The position numbers and the translations under genes were made by a program. Positions 10,364 to 21,436 of a DNA stretch of 64,000 nucleotides are shown piece by piece (position 1 is the first letter of the stretch; the number at the start of each line of letters is the position of its first letter). The stretch is from Alphaproteobacteria bacterium (GTDB lineage Bacteria > Pseudomonadota > Alphaproteobacteria > Bin95), in contig JAURGE010000002.1 of the NCBI GenBank assembly GCA_030833925.1, positions 65,214 through 129,213 on the forward strand. The letters are read 5' to 3'. The notes beneath the pieces are model-generated. The model saw only the letters and a program-made list of their open reading frames with translations, did no database searches and had not been told where the DNA came from.

Positions 10364-12349
10364 ATGACATCTCCCCAGGATCGTTTGCTAATGGCGAACG
10401 CCCTCCGAGTTTTGGCCATGGATGCCGTCGAGGCGGCAAAATCTGGTCATCCTGGAATGCCGATGGGGATGGCAGACGCTGCCACGGCTATATTCTCAGG
10501 TCCCATGAAGTATGATGCAGCAAACCCCTCCTGGCCCGATCGTGATCGTTTTGTTCTGTCGGCTGGACATGGGTCCATGTTGCTCTACGGACTGCTCCAC
10601 CTGACCGGCAATCCGTCGATGACTTTAGACCAGATTAAAAACTTCAGGCAGTTAGGCGCTCTAACAGCTGGACACCCGGAGGTAGGGCACCCTCCGGGCG
10701 TTGAAACAACAACTGGGCCACTTGGCCAAGGAATAGCAACTGCTGTTGGAATGGCGATGGCAGAGGCAAAGCTTCAAGCTGAATTTGGTCGTGATCTCGT
10801 AGATCACAAAACCTGGGTTATCGCGTCCGATGGCGATCTTATGGAGGGCGTGAGCCATGAAGCAGGCGCAATCGCTGGCCACCTAGGACTTGGGAAGCTA
10901 ATCGTACTATGGGATGACAATTCCATTTCGATTGATGGCGCGATTGAACTGTCAGCGTCAGATGATGTCCTGAAGCGATTTGAGAGCTACGGGTGGGCAA
11001 CCGCGCGTGTCGATGGACATGACGCAGCGGCTGTTGGTGCTGCACTTGAAAAAGCAGCTGCAGATTTATCAAGGCCCACGCTTATCTCATGTCGGACAAC
11101 AATTGGCTTTGGCGCTCCCAATAAAGCAGGAAAAGCGTCCTCCCATGGAGCGCCCCTTGGCTCTGAAGAGATTGCTGGCGCTCGTAAAGCACTGAATTGG
11201 CCACACCCAGCTTTTGAAATTCCAGCTGAAATCCAGAGCATGTGGAGGAAAGCAGGTGCTGCGGGAGCTAGCGAGCGAGAGGCTTGGGAGGCTCGTTTTA
11301 AAAATGCCCCGAGCAACGTTCAGGCCGAATTCAATCGTCGGATGTCGGGAGAACTGCCGACTGAATTGAAAAGCAAAATTTCCAGTTACAAGGCTCAGTT
11401 GCTAAGTGACCAACCCAAGATTGCGACCCGCCAGGCTTCTCAACAGGCACTAGAGGTAATCAATGCTGCCGTTCCCGAGACGATGGGCGGATCAGCAGAC
11501 CTGACTGGTTCCAATCTAACCATAACAAAAGGCATGGATGCTTATTCAACAGCAAATCGTTCTGGCCGTTATGTATATTGGGGCATTCGTGAACATGGAA
11601 TGGCAGCTGCAGCTAATGGCATCGCGCTGCATGGTGGATTAATCCCCTACACTGCGACTTTCCTAATTTTCACTGACTATTGCCGCCCAGCGATAAGGCT
11701 TGCTGCGCTCATGGGCAAGCGGCAAATATTCGTCATGACACATGACTCAATTGGCTTAGGAGAAGATGGTCCAACTCACCAACCAGTAGAGCATCTGGCA
11801 AGCTTGAGAGCCATGCCTAACTTACTGACCATGCGTCCAGCTGATGCCATCGAAACGGCGGAGTGCTGGGAAATAGCCCTGACACAACAGTCACGTCCGT
11901 CAGTAATCGCGCTTTCTCGCCAAGGAACTCCAACGGTATCACCCGGCGGGGACGAGAACAGATCCTCTAAGGGTGGATACATCATTTCCGAGTCAGACGG
12001 AGACCTTAAAGCCGTTCTCATAGCAACTGGAACAGAAGTTCCACTTGCACTTGAGGCCAAAAAGATCTTGCAAGCTAAAGGCATCGGCACGCGTGTTGTC
12101 TCAATGCCATGTACCGAATTATTTGATGAGCAAGACGCCTCTTATCGAGAAACTATATTGCCGAAACAAACTCTCAAAGCTGCCATCGAAGCAGGTTCCA
12201 CCTACGGCTGGGAACGATACGTTGGCGATGGCCCCATAATAGGAATGACCACTTTTGGTGCATCTGCACCAGCTAATGATCTTTACAACCACTTTAGAAT
12301 AACAGCAGAAGCGCTAGCCCAAGCAGTTGAAAAACGTCTGGAAGCGTAA
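10364..12349 (+). CDS. tkt: Transketolase.
   Basis: 661 aa with the N-terminal motif [14 protein letters not shown] and a GDGDLMEG thiamine diphosphate-binding motif. The start could also be the ATG at 10391. Confidence 0.95.
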   Translation: MTSPQDRLLMANALRVLAMDAVEAAKSGHPGMPMGMADAATAIFSGPMKYDAANPSWPDRDRFVLSAGHGSMLLYGLLHLTGNPSMTLDQIKNFRQLGALTAGHPEVGHPPGVETTTGPLGQGIATAVGMAMAEAKLQAEFGRDLVDHKTWVIASDGDLMEGVSHEAGAIAGHLGLGKLIVLWDDNSISIDGAIELSASDDVLKRFESYGWATARVDGHDAAAVGAALEKAAADLSRPTLISCRTTIGFGAPNKAGKASSHGAPLGSEEIAGARKALNWPHPAFEIPAEIQSMWRKAGAAGASEREAWEARFKNAPSNVQAEFNRRMSGELPTELKSKISSYKAQLLSDQPKIATRQASQQALEVINAAVPETMGGSADLTGSNLTITKGMDAYSTANRSGRYVYWGIREHGMAAAANGIALHGGLIPYTATFLIFTDYCRPAIRLAALMGKRQIFVMTHDSIGLGEDGPTHQPVEHLASLRAMPNLLTMRPADAIETAECWEIALTQQSRPSVIALSRQGTPTVSPGGDENRSSKGGYIISESDGDLKAVLIATGTEVPLALEAKKILQAKGIGTRVVSMPCTELFDEQDASYRETILPKQTLKAAIEAGSTYGWERYVGDGPIIGMTTFGASAPANDLYNHFRITAEALAQAVEKRLEA

Positions 12350-12392
12350 GTATTCGTTATTAAGAGAAACCTTCACTACGGGAGAACAAGAC

Positions 12393-13403
12393 ATGGCGGT
12401 TCGGGTCGCTATTAATGGATTTGGACGAATTGGACGGCTTGCCATGCGGGCAGCATTAGAAAGTGGACGTGATGACATCGAGTTTGTTGCAATCAATGAC
12501 TTAGGTGCACCCAAAGTAAATGCCCACCTGCTGCAATATGATTCGGTTCACGGTCGCTTCCCCGGAGAAGTTACGGCAAAGAAAGACGGTATCTCTATCA
12601 ATGGTGGCCCTGTCATCAAATCTTTCGCTGAACGCAATCCCGCTAATTTACCTTGGGGTAAACTAGATATTGACGTTGTAATGGAATGCACTGGGATATT
12701 TGCGGATAAGGATAAAGCCAGCGCTCATCTAACTGCGGGTGCTAAGAAAGTTTTAATTTCAGCTCCGGCTTCAGGAGTGGATTTAACTGTAGTTTATGGT
12801 GTCAATCACAAGAAAATTACAAAAAAGCACGACATCATCTCTAACGCATCTTGCACAACAAACTGCTTAGCTCCGGTTGCATCAGTTCTAAATGAAACGT
12901 TTGGTATCAAATCGGGCTACATGACAACCATTCACGCCTATACGGGTGATCAGGTGCTTCACGACACTTATCATTCTGATATTCGCCGTGCTCGCGGTGG
13001 CGCATTGTCAATGATTCCCACCTCTACAGGTGCCGCCCGAGCCGTAGGTTTGGTTTTGCCAGAACTACAAGGCAAGCTTGATGGCACAGCAATCCGAGTT
13101 CCAACATCAAATGTGTCGGTCATAGATTTTAAGTTTATTCCGAAAAAGAAAGCTTCGGTGGCTGATGTCAACGCAGCAATAAAAAAAGCAGCCCGAGGGA
13201 AACTCAAAGGCATCTTGGGATATAATGAAGAAGCTTTAGTGTCTGTAGACTTCAATCACAGCAGCTTTTCTTCAACCTTCGACGCCACCCAAACCCAGGT
13301 CGTAGAAGGTGGTCTCGTTAGAGTATTATCCTGGTATGACAACGAATGGGGCTTCTCCAATCGGATGTCTGACACGGCCGCAGCGCTTGCGGCAAAAATC
13401 TAG
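12393..13403 (+). CDS. gap: Glyceraldehyde-3-phosphate dehydrogenase.
   Basis: Contains [15 protein letters not shown], the active-site [12 protein letters not shown] motif and a C-terminal WYDNEWG. The track ORF begins at 12327 but the internal Met at 12393 fits the GapA N-terminus. Confidence 0.95.
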   Translation: MAVRVAINGFGRIGRLAMRAALESGRDDIEFVAINDLGAPKVNAHLLQYDSVHGRFPGEVTAKKDGISINGGPVIKSFAERNPANLPWGKLDIDVVMECTGIFADKDKASAHLTAGAKKVLISAPASGVDLTVVYGVNHKKITKKHDIISNASCTTNCLAPVASVLNETFGIKSGYMTTIHAYTGDQVLHDTYHSDIRRARGGALSMIPTSTGAARAVGLVLPELQGKLDGTAIRVPTSNVSVIDFKFIPKKKASVADVNAAIKKAARGKLKGILGYNEEALVSVDFNHSSFSSTFDATQTQVVEGGLVRVLSWYDNEWGFSNRMSDTAAALAAKI

Positions 13404-13412
13404 CTAACAATT

Positions 13413-13814
13413 ATGGTTTCAGCAGTAGTCCACGATTTATCTCAATCGGTGGCCGCAGCGCGCGCTGCGGCCACTATTGGGAAAACGATTACTGTACGTT
13501 CTGCGCCAAGTGTTGGCCGTGGTCTCGGAGTTGCAGGCTGGCTGGCTCTTGTCAAACTAACTCGACAGCAAGTTCCATCGGCAAATGTAACCTTCACATT
13601 TGACCCAGGAGATTGGCCAGGAGACGCCTATGCCGCAATTGCTGGGGGCGCAGAACAGATTGCCATAGCTCAATCTTCCGCGTCCAACCGGCTGCTAGAA
13701 TTAGCAAAGCAGGAAGGTGTAAAAATTGATGACCGAGATGCAGATATTGATCTCGCTTTCCATCATGATCCCGAGGAAGCTTGCAACCGTTTACTTTTGA
13801 CAACTAAATCGTAG
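13413..13814 (+). CDS. Hypothetical protein of 133 aa occupying the position usually held by pgk.
   Basis: It lies 9 nt after gap and 9 nt before fbaB, so it is tightly embedded in the operon. I recognise no known motifs in it. Confidence 0.5.
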   Translation: MVSAVVHDLSQSVAAARAAATIGKTITVRSAPSVGRGLGVAGWLALVKLTRQQVPSANVTFTFDPGDWPGDAYAAIAGGAEQIAIAQSSASNRLLELAKQEGVKIDDRDADIDLAFHHDPEEACNRLLLTTKS

Positions 13815-13823
13815 GAAAAATCC

Positions 13824-14744
13824 ATGCGTGTCACCCGCAAAGTAAAAGAAATTTTATCCTGGTACGAAAGTGACAACCCCGGCACGAAGGGTAACTTGGC
13901 CCGGATACTGATGCACGGCAAACTAGCTGGCACGGGTAAGATGGTGATCCTCCCTGTAGACCAGGGTTTCGAACATGGACCGGATCGCAGCTTCGCACCA
14001 AACCCACCTGGTTACGACCCACATTATCATTTTCAACTAGCGGTTGATGCAGGCCTGAATGCATACGCAGCTCCGCTTGGGATGATTGAAGCAGGCGCTG
14101 ACACGTTTGCAGGCCAAATTCCAACTATTCTTAAGTTGAATAGTTCGAACAGCCACGCAACAGCGAAAGACCAAGCGGTCTATGGTTCTGTTGATGACGC
14201 TCTACGGCTTGGATGTGCTGCGATTGGCTTTACAATCTACCCTGGTGCTGATGATCAATTCGAAATGATGGAAGAGTTTCGAGAATTGGCTGCTGAGGCA
14301 AAAGCGGTAGGTCTTGCCGTAGTTCTCTGGTCTTATCCTCGAGGTGGTGTCCTTTCTAAGGATGGCGAGACCGCCTTGGACGTAACTGCTTATGCCGCAC
14401 ATCTCGCCGCTCTACTTGGCGCACATATTATTAAGGTGAAGCCTCCAACCGATCATATTGAGCAGAAAGAAGCGGCCGATGCTCTTGCAAAAGCCAAGGT
14501 TCAAATGAAAACGCTGTCTCAACGTATTGAGCACGTCATGCAGTCTGCGTTTAACGGTCGTCGGATTGTGGTGTTCTCAGGAGGCTCGGCAAAGGGGACA
14601 GAGGCTGTTCTCGATGAGATCCGTCAAATCGCTAACGGTGGCGCTAATGGTTCAATTATTGGTCGTAATAGTTTCCAGCGAGACAAAAAAGACGCTCTAG
14701 CTCTTCTTGAGACGATAGTAAAAATCTACCAAGGGAAAGCATAA
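13824..14744 (+). CDS. fbaB: Class I fructose-bisphosphate aldolase of the FbaB/DhnA type.
   Basis: 306 aa with GKLAGTGKMVILPVDQGFEHGP, which matches the E. coli FbaB family. Confidence 0.88.
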   Translation: MRVTRKVKEILSWYESDNPGTKGNLARILMHGKLAGTGKMVILPVDQGFEHGPDRSFAPNPPGYDPHYHFQLAVDAGLNAYAAPLGMIEAGADTFAGQIPTILKLNSSNSHATAKDQAVYGSVDDALRLGCAAIGFTIYPGADDQFEMMEEFRELAAEAKAVGLAVVLWSYPRGGVLSKDGETALDVTAYAAHLAALLGAHIIKVKPPTDHIEQKEAADALAKAKVQMKTLSQRIEHVMQSAFNGRRIVVFSGGSAKGTEAVLDEIRQIANGGANGSIIGRNSFQRDKKDALALLETIVKIYQGKA

Positions 14745-14748
14745 ATAA

Positions 14749-15432
14749 ATGATCCAGGCGGCAGTAGAAGAAACACGGCCACGCTGCCGCCTCTACCTTA
14801 TCACACCCGCTTCTCTCACATGTGATCCAGTGTCTCTAGAAAGTTTTAGGGACATACTAGAATTGGCATTAGATGGCGGAGATGTAGCTTGTGTTCAGCT
14901 AAGGTTGAAGCAGGTGTCTGACGCTGATTGGCAGAGAGCTGCGGACATACTTGCTCCGATTGTTCAATCACGCGACGTCGCCTTCATTTTAAATGATCGG
15001 GCCGATCTGGTGGTGTCAACCGGAGCTGACGGGGTTCACATAGGACAAGAAGACCTTCCTTATGAGGAAGCAAGACGCCTTGTTGGCCCCGATCGCATAA
15101 TTGGAGTCACTTGCAAGTCAAGCCGAGACCTCGCTGTGGATGCTTCAGAAGCAGGGGCTGACTATGTAGCTTTCGGGGCCTTCTTCGAAAGCAATACGAA
15201 GACCATCACAACTCCTGCCAGTACAGATATCTTGACATGGTGGCAGGAAGCTACGACCACCCCATCAGTTGCGATAGGAGGCATTACAGCAGAAAATTGT
15301 GCTCCTATAGTTTCCGCTGGAGCCGACTTTTTAGCCGTCGCCGGAGGAGTTTGGGCACATACAGCGGGGCCTGCAGCTGGGGTTGCAGCAATAAATGCAG
15401 CGATCGACGCAGCTCAGTTTTCGAGAAACTAA
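14749..15432 (+). CDS. thiE: Thiamine-phosphate synthase.
   Basis: 227 aa with LYLITP and VQLRLK motifs and an overall TMP-synthase TIM-barrel pattern. It sits 4 nt downstream of fbaB. Confidence 0.82.
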   Translation: MIQAAVEETRPRCRLYLITPASLTCDPVSLESFRDILELALDGGDVACVQLRLKQVSDADWQRAADILAPIVQSRDVAFILNDRADLVVSTGADGVHIGQEDLPYEEARRLVGPDRIIGVTCKSSRDLAVDASEAGADYVAFGAFFESNTKTITTPASTDILTWWQEATTTPSVAIGGITAENCAPIVSAGADFLAVAGGVWAHTAGPAAGVAAINAAIDAAQFSRN

Positions 15433-15438
15433 TCTTTA

Positions 15439-15834
15439 TTACTTGTATTGTTCTTCTGACACCTTCTCAAACCATTCGGTACCAGCCCCGTTTTCCCCTG
15501 TCTCAGACATGGCTAGGTGAGTAAAGATCCTATTTGGTGCTGCGCCATGCCAATGCCGTGTATTTGGTGGGATGATTGCCGTATCACCAGGATACAACTC
15601 TTCTACTGGACCACCTTCTACCTGAACCCGTCCGATACCTGATACAGCAAGAAGGGTTTGCCCAACTGGGTGTTGATGCCAAGCCGTCCTCGCACCAGGA
15701 TTAAAGGTGACATTTGTCGCCCGCATTCTAGATGGGGATTGACCAACTAACACCTCATCTTGAAACACCTGACCTGTAAAATTAGCGTCCGGAGCAACCT
15801 TTGTAGGACGTGCAGCAGCCCGATGAATTTGCAT
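15439..15834 (-). CDS. Cupin domain protein.
   Basis: 131 aa with a two-His cupin motif pattern (WHQHPVGQTLLAVSG...GDTAIIPPNTRHWHGA). Confidence 0.7.
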   Translation of the reverse strand: MQIHRAAARPTKVAPDANFTGQVFQDEVLVGQSPSRMRATNVTFNPGARTAWHQHPVGQTLLAVSGIGRVQVEGGPVEELYPGDTAIIPPNTRHWHGAAPNRIFTHLAMSETGENGAGTEWFEKVSEEQYK

Positions 15835-15954
15835 AAAAATCTCCTTTTTATATAGCGATTTTGAGGGCTTCGACGTGCGTCAGTCGTTGTTACCGCGCAT
15901 TTGCATTTTTAAATGTTCCAAAGTGTTCGAAGCTTATGCTCAAGCTCTGTTTTA

Positions 15955-16629
15955 TTAAAGGTCTGGAGGTGTTAAGGGCTCAATGTCCCTTGCAAAGGCT
16001 AGAGGAGCTTCAGTGCGTGATTGAAGGTCTTCTTGCGTCATCCCTTGCAACATCTCCCGGACCAAAAACCCATTCTCTTCCACATCTACCACCGCTAAAT
16101 CGGTATAAATACGGGTAACACACCTCGGAGCTGTTAGCGGTAACCGACAGGCATTTAATAGTCGAGGACTACCGTCTTTAGTCTGATGCTGCATTATCAC
16201 CCTAACCTCGCCTGCACCAAATGCTAAATCCATTGCTCCGCCAACTAGTTGGCCTTTGTTGGGAACTTGCATATCCCAATTAGCAAGATCACCGTTGGAT
16301 GCCACCTCAAACCCACCAAGCATCGTGACGTCTATATGGCCACCTCGTATCATGGCGAATGAGGCAGCGGACTCGATGAGAGCAGCTCCGGGTGCAAGAG
16401 TTACAAAGCGGCTACTAGCATCAACTAGATCTGGGTCACGTTCGTTTTCACTTGCCTCTGGACCAGCACCGATAATGCCGTTCTCAGACTGAAAGATTAT
16501 TTCTCTCCCAAAAGGCGCATAACTTGCCGCAAGCACTGGCATGCCCATGCCAAGATTAACTACAGTGCCCTCCTCTAAGTCCTGAGCGGCACGCCAAGCC
16601 ATTTGATTGCGATTGAGAGGCTTAAACAT
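15955..16629 (-). CDS. scoB: 3-oxoacid CoA-transferase subunit B.
   Basis: 224 aa with the N-terminus RNQMAWRAAQDLEEGTVVNLGMGMP typical of CoA-transferase family I beta subunits. Confidence 0.85.
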   Translation of the reverse strand: MFKPLNRNQMAWRAAQDLEEGTVVNLGMGMPVLAASYAPFGREIIFQSENGIIGAGPEASENERDPDLVDASSRFVTLAPGAALIESAASFAMIRGGHIDVTMLGGFEVASNGDLANWDMQVPNKGQLVGGAMDLAFGAGEVRVIMQHQTKDGSPRLLNACRLPLTAPRCVTRIYTDLAVVDVEENGFLVREMLQGMTQEDLQSRTEAPLAFARDIEPLTPPDL

Positions 16630-16632
16630 GTT

Positions 16633-17310
16633 TTAGGCTCCAGTCCCTGGGGCAACCAAAATACGATCAATGAATACTCCAGAGAGATGAATTTGATCAG
16701 CCTCTAGAGGTTTCTCCGAGAAAGACGCCACCTCAGCAACAGCTACCTTGGATGCCATAGCCATGATTGGGCCGAAATTTGCTTGTGTGCCTCTAAAGCG
16801 CAAATTGCCAAAACGGTCACCCTCAGCAGCCCGAAGGAATGCAAAGTCACCCTTTATAGCGGTCTCCAGAATACACGGACGCCCCTCAAAATCTCTAACT
16901 TCTTTGCCCTCTGCCAGCTGGGTTCCTGCTGCTGTTGGAGTAAAAAAAGCGGGAATACCGGCTCCCCCAGCTCGTATACGCTCAGAAAAGCTTCCCTGAG
17001 GTGATAAATCAATCGCTAGTTCACCAGCTTGCCACTGGCGTTCATAATTGCTCGGTTCGCGGTCTCTGCCACGAAAGGCACTGCAAACAACACTTTTAAC
17101 GCGCCGATCTTGAAAAAGGGATGGAGCGTAAGTTTCGAGAAATCGAATAGCATTTATGACAATGTTCAGGTCACGGACCTCGGATTGCGCCAAACCTTTT
17201 ATTAAATCTACCGGCACTCCCGCTCCACCAAACCCTGAAACCATCAATGTGGTCCCATCGGTGATACCCTGGATGGCCTCGCTAACACTGCCTACCCGCT
17301 TATCAATCAT
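16633..17310 (-). CDS. scoA: 3-oxoacid CoA-transferase subunit A.
   Basis: 225 aa with an SGFGGAGVP motif. It is 3 nt upstream of scoB. Confidence 0.85.
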   Translation of the reverse strand: MIDKRVGSVSEAIQGITDGTTLMVSGFGGAGVPVDLIKGLAQSEVRDLNIVINAIRFLETYAPSLFQDRRVKSVVCSAFRGRDREPSNYERQWQAGELAIDLSPQGSFSERIRAGGAGIPAFFTPTAAGTQLAEGKEVRDFEGRPCILETAIKGDFAFLRAAEGDRFGNLRFRGTQANFGPIMAMASKVAVAEVASFSEKPLEADQIHLSGVFIDRILVAPGTGA

Positions 17311-17448
17311 GGCAACTCCGGAAAGATCGTAATTCTAAAACCTATAATAGCCCCTGAAGGATGAATATGCATCTGGACTTTCACTTGATGTCCCTATTAT
17401 TAAGCGGCAATCTGATACACAGAAATCCTTTTCGGAGCCAAAAAGATA

Positions 17449-17688
17449 ATGTCTGATCCTGAAATTGCAGCCAAAGAGCCTGCCGCGGTAAAACTAGAAG
17501 CGGGCAAAGCGTACTTCTGGTGCACATGCGGCAAGTCTGCAAAACAGCCGTTCTGTGATGGCGCACATAAGGGTACGGAATTCAGGCCACAACGATTCAC
17601 GTCTGAAAATGCAGGAGAAGCATGGCTCTGTCAGTGTAAACGGACTCAAAAAGGTCCCTACTGCGACGGCTCTCATAACGCTATTTAA
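17449..17688 (+). CDS. CDGSH-type iron-sulfur domain protein with two CDGSH motifs.
   Basis: 79 aa containing two copies of the C-x-C-x(8-9)-C-D-G-(A/S)-H motif: CTCGKSAKQPFCDGAH and CQCKRTQKGPYCDGSH. Confidence 0.75.
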   Translation: MSDPEIAAKEPAAVKLEAGKAYFWCTCGKSAKQPFCDGAHKGTEFRPQRFTSENAGEAWLCQCKRTQKGPYCDGSHNAI

Positions 17689-17689
17689 T

Positions 17690-18532
17690 TTGTCTGGCGC
17701 TCAAATTTCTGACCCAGCATTCTCCGCTGGGAATGTAGCAGTTATAACTGGTGCGGCTTTGGGTATAGGGCGTGCGAGTGCCCTTCGCTTCGCTAATCTT
17801 GGTATGCGGATAGCAATCGCAGACCTGGCTGGCGATGAATTGCAAGCTGTTACCTCCGAAGTTGAACGCATCGTTGGTCAACGGAACGTTCTGGCACGAG
17901 ACTGTGATGTATCCAATGTCGCTGCTTTAGAGGCGTTTCGAAACGATGTTCACGATCAATTTGGACCTGCATCTATATTATTCAACAACGCAGTGACCCG
18001 CGTAGGACGTGGCATGTGGACGGATATCGACGATTGGAAACGGGCTGTCGATGTTAATCTCTGGGGCGTAATCCAAGGTGTTCGGGCATTCGTGCCGGCT
18101 ATGATCGAGAAAGGAGCCCCTTCTCGAGTTATTAATGCTGGATCAAAACAAGGCATAACAAACCCACCGGGACATCCCGTTTATAATCTTTGCAAAGCTG
18201 CTGTTCGCAATTTCACAGAGAGCCTCGCATATGATCTTCGTTCCACTGCTGACTGCTTAACAACGGCGCACCTATTGATCCCCGGATGGACAACAACTGG
18301 AAAACAGGACCACAAACCTGGTGCATGGATGCCCATCCAAGTTGTGGACGAAATGTTACTCAGAGTGGCAAGTGGTGATTTTTACATCGTCTGTCCGGAT
18401 GATGAAGTCAGCAGAGATATGGACGCAAAACGCATCATATGGGCGGCCCAGGACATTACAGAAAATCGCCCGCCCCTATCTCGATGGCACGCAGACTGGA
18501 GCGATATGTTTAAAAAATTTGAGCTGGAATAA
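17690..18532 (+). CDS. Short-chain dehydrogenase/reductase (SDR).
   Basis: Contains a TGAALGIGRA cofactor-binding motif and a YxxxK-type SDR core. A probable TTG start lies immediately after the TAA stop of the CDGSH gene. The track ORF 17555..18532 overlaps the CDGSH gene in another frame. Confidence 0.78.
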   Translation: MSGAQISDPAFSAGNVAVITGAALGIGRASALRFANLGMRIAIADLAGDELQAVTSEVERIVGQRNVLARDCDVSNVAALEAFRNDVHDQFGPASILFNNAVTRVGRGMWTDIDDWKRAVDVNLWGVIQGVRAFVPAMIEKGAPSRVINAGSKQGITNPPGHPVYNLCKAAVRNFTESLAYDLRSTADCLTTAHLLIPGWTTTGKQDHKPGAWMPIQVVDEMLLRVASGDFYIVCPDDEVSRDMDAKRIIWAAQDITENRPPLSRWHADWSDMFKKFELE

Positions 18533-18548
18533 TTTGAAAGCTACCAGC

Positions 18549-21278
18549 TCAAATTTTGCCGTGACAATGCTTATATTTACGACCAGAGCCACAAGGGCAT
18601 TGATCATTGCGAGATACTCGCCCCCAAGTTGAAGGGTCATTAGGATCAAGGGATGCAGCCCCTGCCAGTCTTGTCTGGCGAGGAGTACTTGGTGCCGGTC
18701 GCTGCAAATCCTGTTCTTCGAAATCAGCTGACATGCTTGCGGCTTCTGGATGATCAGCCACCATATCAATTGATTCCATTCCGCGCCCCATCTCAGGTAT
18801 TGGAGCCTGAATTTGAAGGTGTAGCAGCGCGCCGGACACAACATTACGCAGCCGGCCAAGCATATCCTCAAAAAGCTCGAAAGCTTCGTGTTTATATTCA
18901 TTTAGAGGATCACGTTGAGCATATGCGCGAAGACCTATTCCCTGGCGCAGATGATCCAGTGCTAGCAAATGCTCTTTCCACACCTGGTCCAAGAGCTGAA
19001 GCAAAATACTTTTTTCAGCAAATCGCATCATATCAGGCCCGAAGTTAGCTGCTTTCTCAGCAAGGCGTCGGTCCATATCAGAGAGAACCCGCTGTACTAT
19101 CTCTTCGTCTGCAATGCCCTCTTCTCTGGCCCATTCGACTATGGGGTACTCTAGGCCCAGGTTCGCAACAAAAGCCGCTTGAAGGCCTTCACTATCCCAC
19201 TGTTCAGCTAAAGCATTAGGCGGAATGTGAGATGCAACTAATTCCTCGACAACTTGTCGGCGCATATCCTCAATATCATCGCGAACGTCGTCTGAATCCA
19301 TAATTTCGCGACGCTGTTCATAAATAACCTTTCGCTGATCATTCATAACGTCATCAAAACGCAGGAGATTCTTTCGGATCTCGAAATTTCTTGCCTCTAC
19401 CTTACCCTGAGCCTTCTCAAGAGCCCGATTGATCCAAGGGTGCACTATCGCTTCATCTTCTTTAAGACCGAGGCGACGAAGTACATTATCCATGCGCTCC
19501 GAGCCAAAGATCCGCATGAGATCATCTTGAAGGCTGATGAAGAACTTAGAGGCTCCTGGATCCCCCTGACGACCAGAGCGACCTCTAAGCTGGTTATCAA
19601 TGCGCCTGCTTTCATGCCGTTCGGTAGCGAGTACAAATAAACCACCAGCGTCGAGCGCGATCTTCTTGTCCCTAGCAATTTCAGCGTCGATTTCATCTGT
19701 CACGCGCTGCCGCTCATCATCACCTTCGACATCTGCCAAAGCTGATGCAAGCATCATTTCCCGATTGCCGCCAAGCTGAATATCAGTTCCACGTCCAGCC
19801 ATGTTGGTTGCAATCGTTACAGCACCAGGTTTACCAGCAAGTGCTATTATGCCAGCCTCTTGTTCGTGGTAACGCGCGTTCAAAACCTGATGAGGAATGT
19901 TTGCCTTCTTTAATTCCTCTGACAGAGCTTCCGATTTTTCGATTGAAACAGTGCCAACCAGGATTGGCTGTTTCTTTCCGTTCCGTTCACGGATTTCGTT
20001 GATGATCGCCTTATTTTTTTCTTTCAGAGAGCGATAAACCTCGTCATCAAAATCCTCTCTAGCGACCGGAACATTAGTTGGCATTTCGACCACGCGAAGC
20101 TTGTAGATTTCATCAAACTCTCCAGCTTCGGTCATTGCCGTACCAGTCATCCCAGATAGCTTGGGATACAGACGGAAATAATTCTGGAAGGTAATTGAGG
20201 CCAGTGTCTGATTTTCTAATTGAACTTCAACGCCCTCTTTAGCCTCTAGAGCTTGATGAAGTCCCTCTGAATAGCGACGACCTTCCATCGCTCGTCCAGT
20301 AAATTCATCGATGATGACAACCTTGCCATCCCGGACCATGTAATCAGTATCGCGCTCGAAAAGTGTGTGAGCTTTAAGGGCCTGGTTTACGTGATGTACG
20401 ATGGAAATGTTTGCGACATCGTACAAACCACCTTCGGTTAATACGCCTGCCTCCTTAAGCTTAGCTTCAATCCTTTCAGTGCCCGTATCGGTAAGGCCAA
20501 CAGCTTTAGCTTTCTCATCTTTCTCATAGTCCTCGGGCCTTATGTCTTCCATCAGACCATCGACTGTGCGGTATAGCTCCGATGATTGCTCAGCAGCCCC
20601 AGAAATAATCAGAGGAGTACGTGCTTCGTCGATGAGTATCGAGTCCACTTCGTCGACGATTGCAAAGTTGAAAGGCCTTTGAACCATATCATCGAGGCGG
20701 AACTTCATATTGTCTCGAAGATAGTCAAAACCAAATTCATTGTTGGTGCCGTATGTTACATCGGCTGCGTACTGACGACGCCGCTCATCATCCATAAGAC
20801 CATGAATGATGCACCCCACCGTCAAACCCAAAAAATTGTAGACCGCGCCCATCCAACCAGCATCACGCTGGGCAAGGTAGTCGTTTACCGTGACAACATG
20901 AACGCCCTTACCTTGGATTGCGTTTAGATAAACAGCTAATGTAGCTACCAGGGTTTTACCTTCGCCCGTCTTCATCTCGGCAATCATTCCGCCATGAAGG
21001 ACCGCGCCACCCATAAGTTGAACGTCAAAATGACGTTGGCCTAGGGTTCTTTTCGCGGCCTCTCTAACTGCTGCAAAAGCTTCCGGCATAATTTGGTCAA
21101 GAGTTTCACCGTTGCTTAGCCGCTCCCGGAATTTAGGCGTTAATCCGCGGATTTCTTCGTCCGAAAGAGCCTCAAACTGATGTTCAAGGTCATTTACCTT
21201 GGCCACAAGGCCACGGAGCGATTTCACATAGCGGTCGTTCGCGCTGCCGAACACGCGCTTGACGATTGCGCCTATCAT
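18549..21278 (-). CDS. secA: Preprotein translocase ATPase SecA.
   Basis: Contains DEAD-motor motifs and a C-terminal zinc site [14 protein letters not shown]. The start is assigned to the internal Met ([17 protein letters not shown]) that matches canonical SecA N-termini. The 40-codon upstream extension in the track ORF is probably not translated. Confidence 0.95.
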   Translation of the reverse strand: MIGAIVKRVFGSANDRYVKSLRGLVAKVNDLEHQFEALSDEEIRGLTPKFRERLSNGETLDQIMPEAFAAVREAAKRTLGQRHFDVQLMGGAVLHGGMIAEMKTGEGKTLVATLAVYLNAIQGKGVHVVTVNDYLAQRDAGWMGAVYNFLGLTVGCIIHGLMDDERRRQYAADVTYGTNNEFGFDYLRDNMKFRLDDMVQRPFNFAIVDEVDSILIDEARTPLIISGAAEQSSELYRTVDGLMEDIRPEDYEKDEKAKAVGLTDTGTERIEAKLKEAGVLTEGGLYDVANISIVHHVNQALKAHTLFERDTDYMVRDGKVVIIDEFTGRAMEGRRYSEGLHQALEAKEGVEVQLENQTLASITFQNYFRLYPKLSGMTGTAMTEAGEFDEIYKLRVVEMPTNVPVAREDFDDEVYRSLKEKNKAIINEIRERNGKKQPILVGTVSIEKSEALSEELKKANIPHQVLNARYHEQEAGIIALAGKPGAVTIATNMAGRGTDIQLGGNREMMLASALADVEGDDERQRVTDEIDAEIARDKKIALDAGGLFVLATERHESRRIDNQLRGRSGRQGDPGASKFFISLQDDLMRIFGSERMDNVLRRLGLKEDEAIVHPWINRALEKAQGKVEARNFEIRKNLLRFDDVMNDQRKVIYEQRREIMDSDDVRDDIEDMRRQVVEELVASHIPPNALAEQWDSEGLQAAFVANLGLEYPIVEWAREEGIADEEIVQRVLSDMDRRLAEKAANFGPDMMRFAEKSILLQLLDQVWKEHLLALDHLRQGIGLRAYAQRDPLNEYKHEAFELFEDMLGRLRNVVSGALLHLQIQAPIPEMGRGMESIDMVADHPEAASMSADFEEQDLQRPAPSTPRQTRLAGAASLDPNDPSTWGRVSRNDQCPCGSGRKYKHCHGKI

Positions 21279-21436
21279 GAGTGCCTCAAGTATTGGAGCT
21301 TTTGAAGCTCGCCAGAATGAGGAAGTCAAAGACTCCCGGAGAAAGAATAGGGTTGACAGATAAGCTCCGGCTCGTGCCCTGTCAACGAAACGGCGCATAA
21401 GAGCAGCCGCTAAGTTATTATTAGGAGGTATTTGGG

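Noticed and set aside
12327-12392. An upstream ATG extension of gap ([22 protein letters not shown]) overlapping the tkt 3' end.
   Set aside because: The GapA N-terminus is universally conserved from the [15 protein letters not shown] motif. The extension overlaps tkt and lacks support.
21279-21398. A 40-codon N-terminal extension of secA in the track ORF.
   Set aside because: The canonical SecA N-terminus ([17 protein letters not shown]) begins at the internal Met. By my reading the extension also carries an in-frame stop, and my base-level reading there disagreed with the ORF track by one nucleotide. It is therefore treated as untranslated leader.
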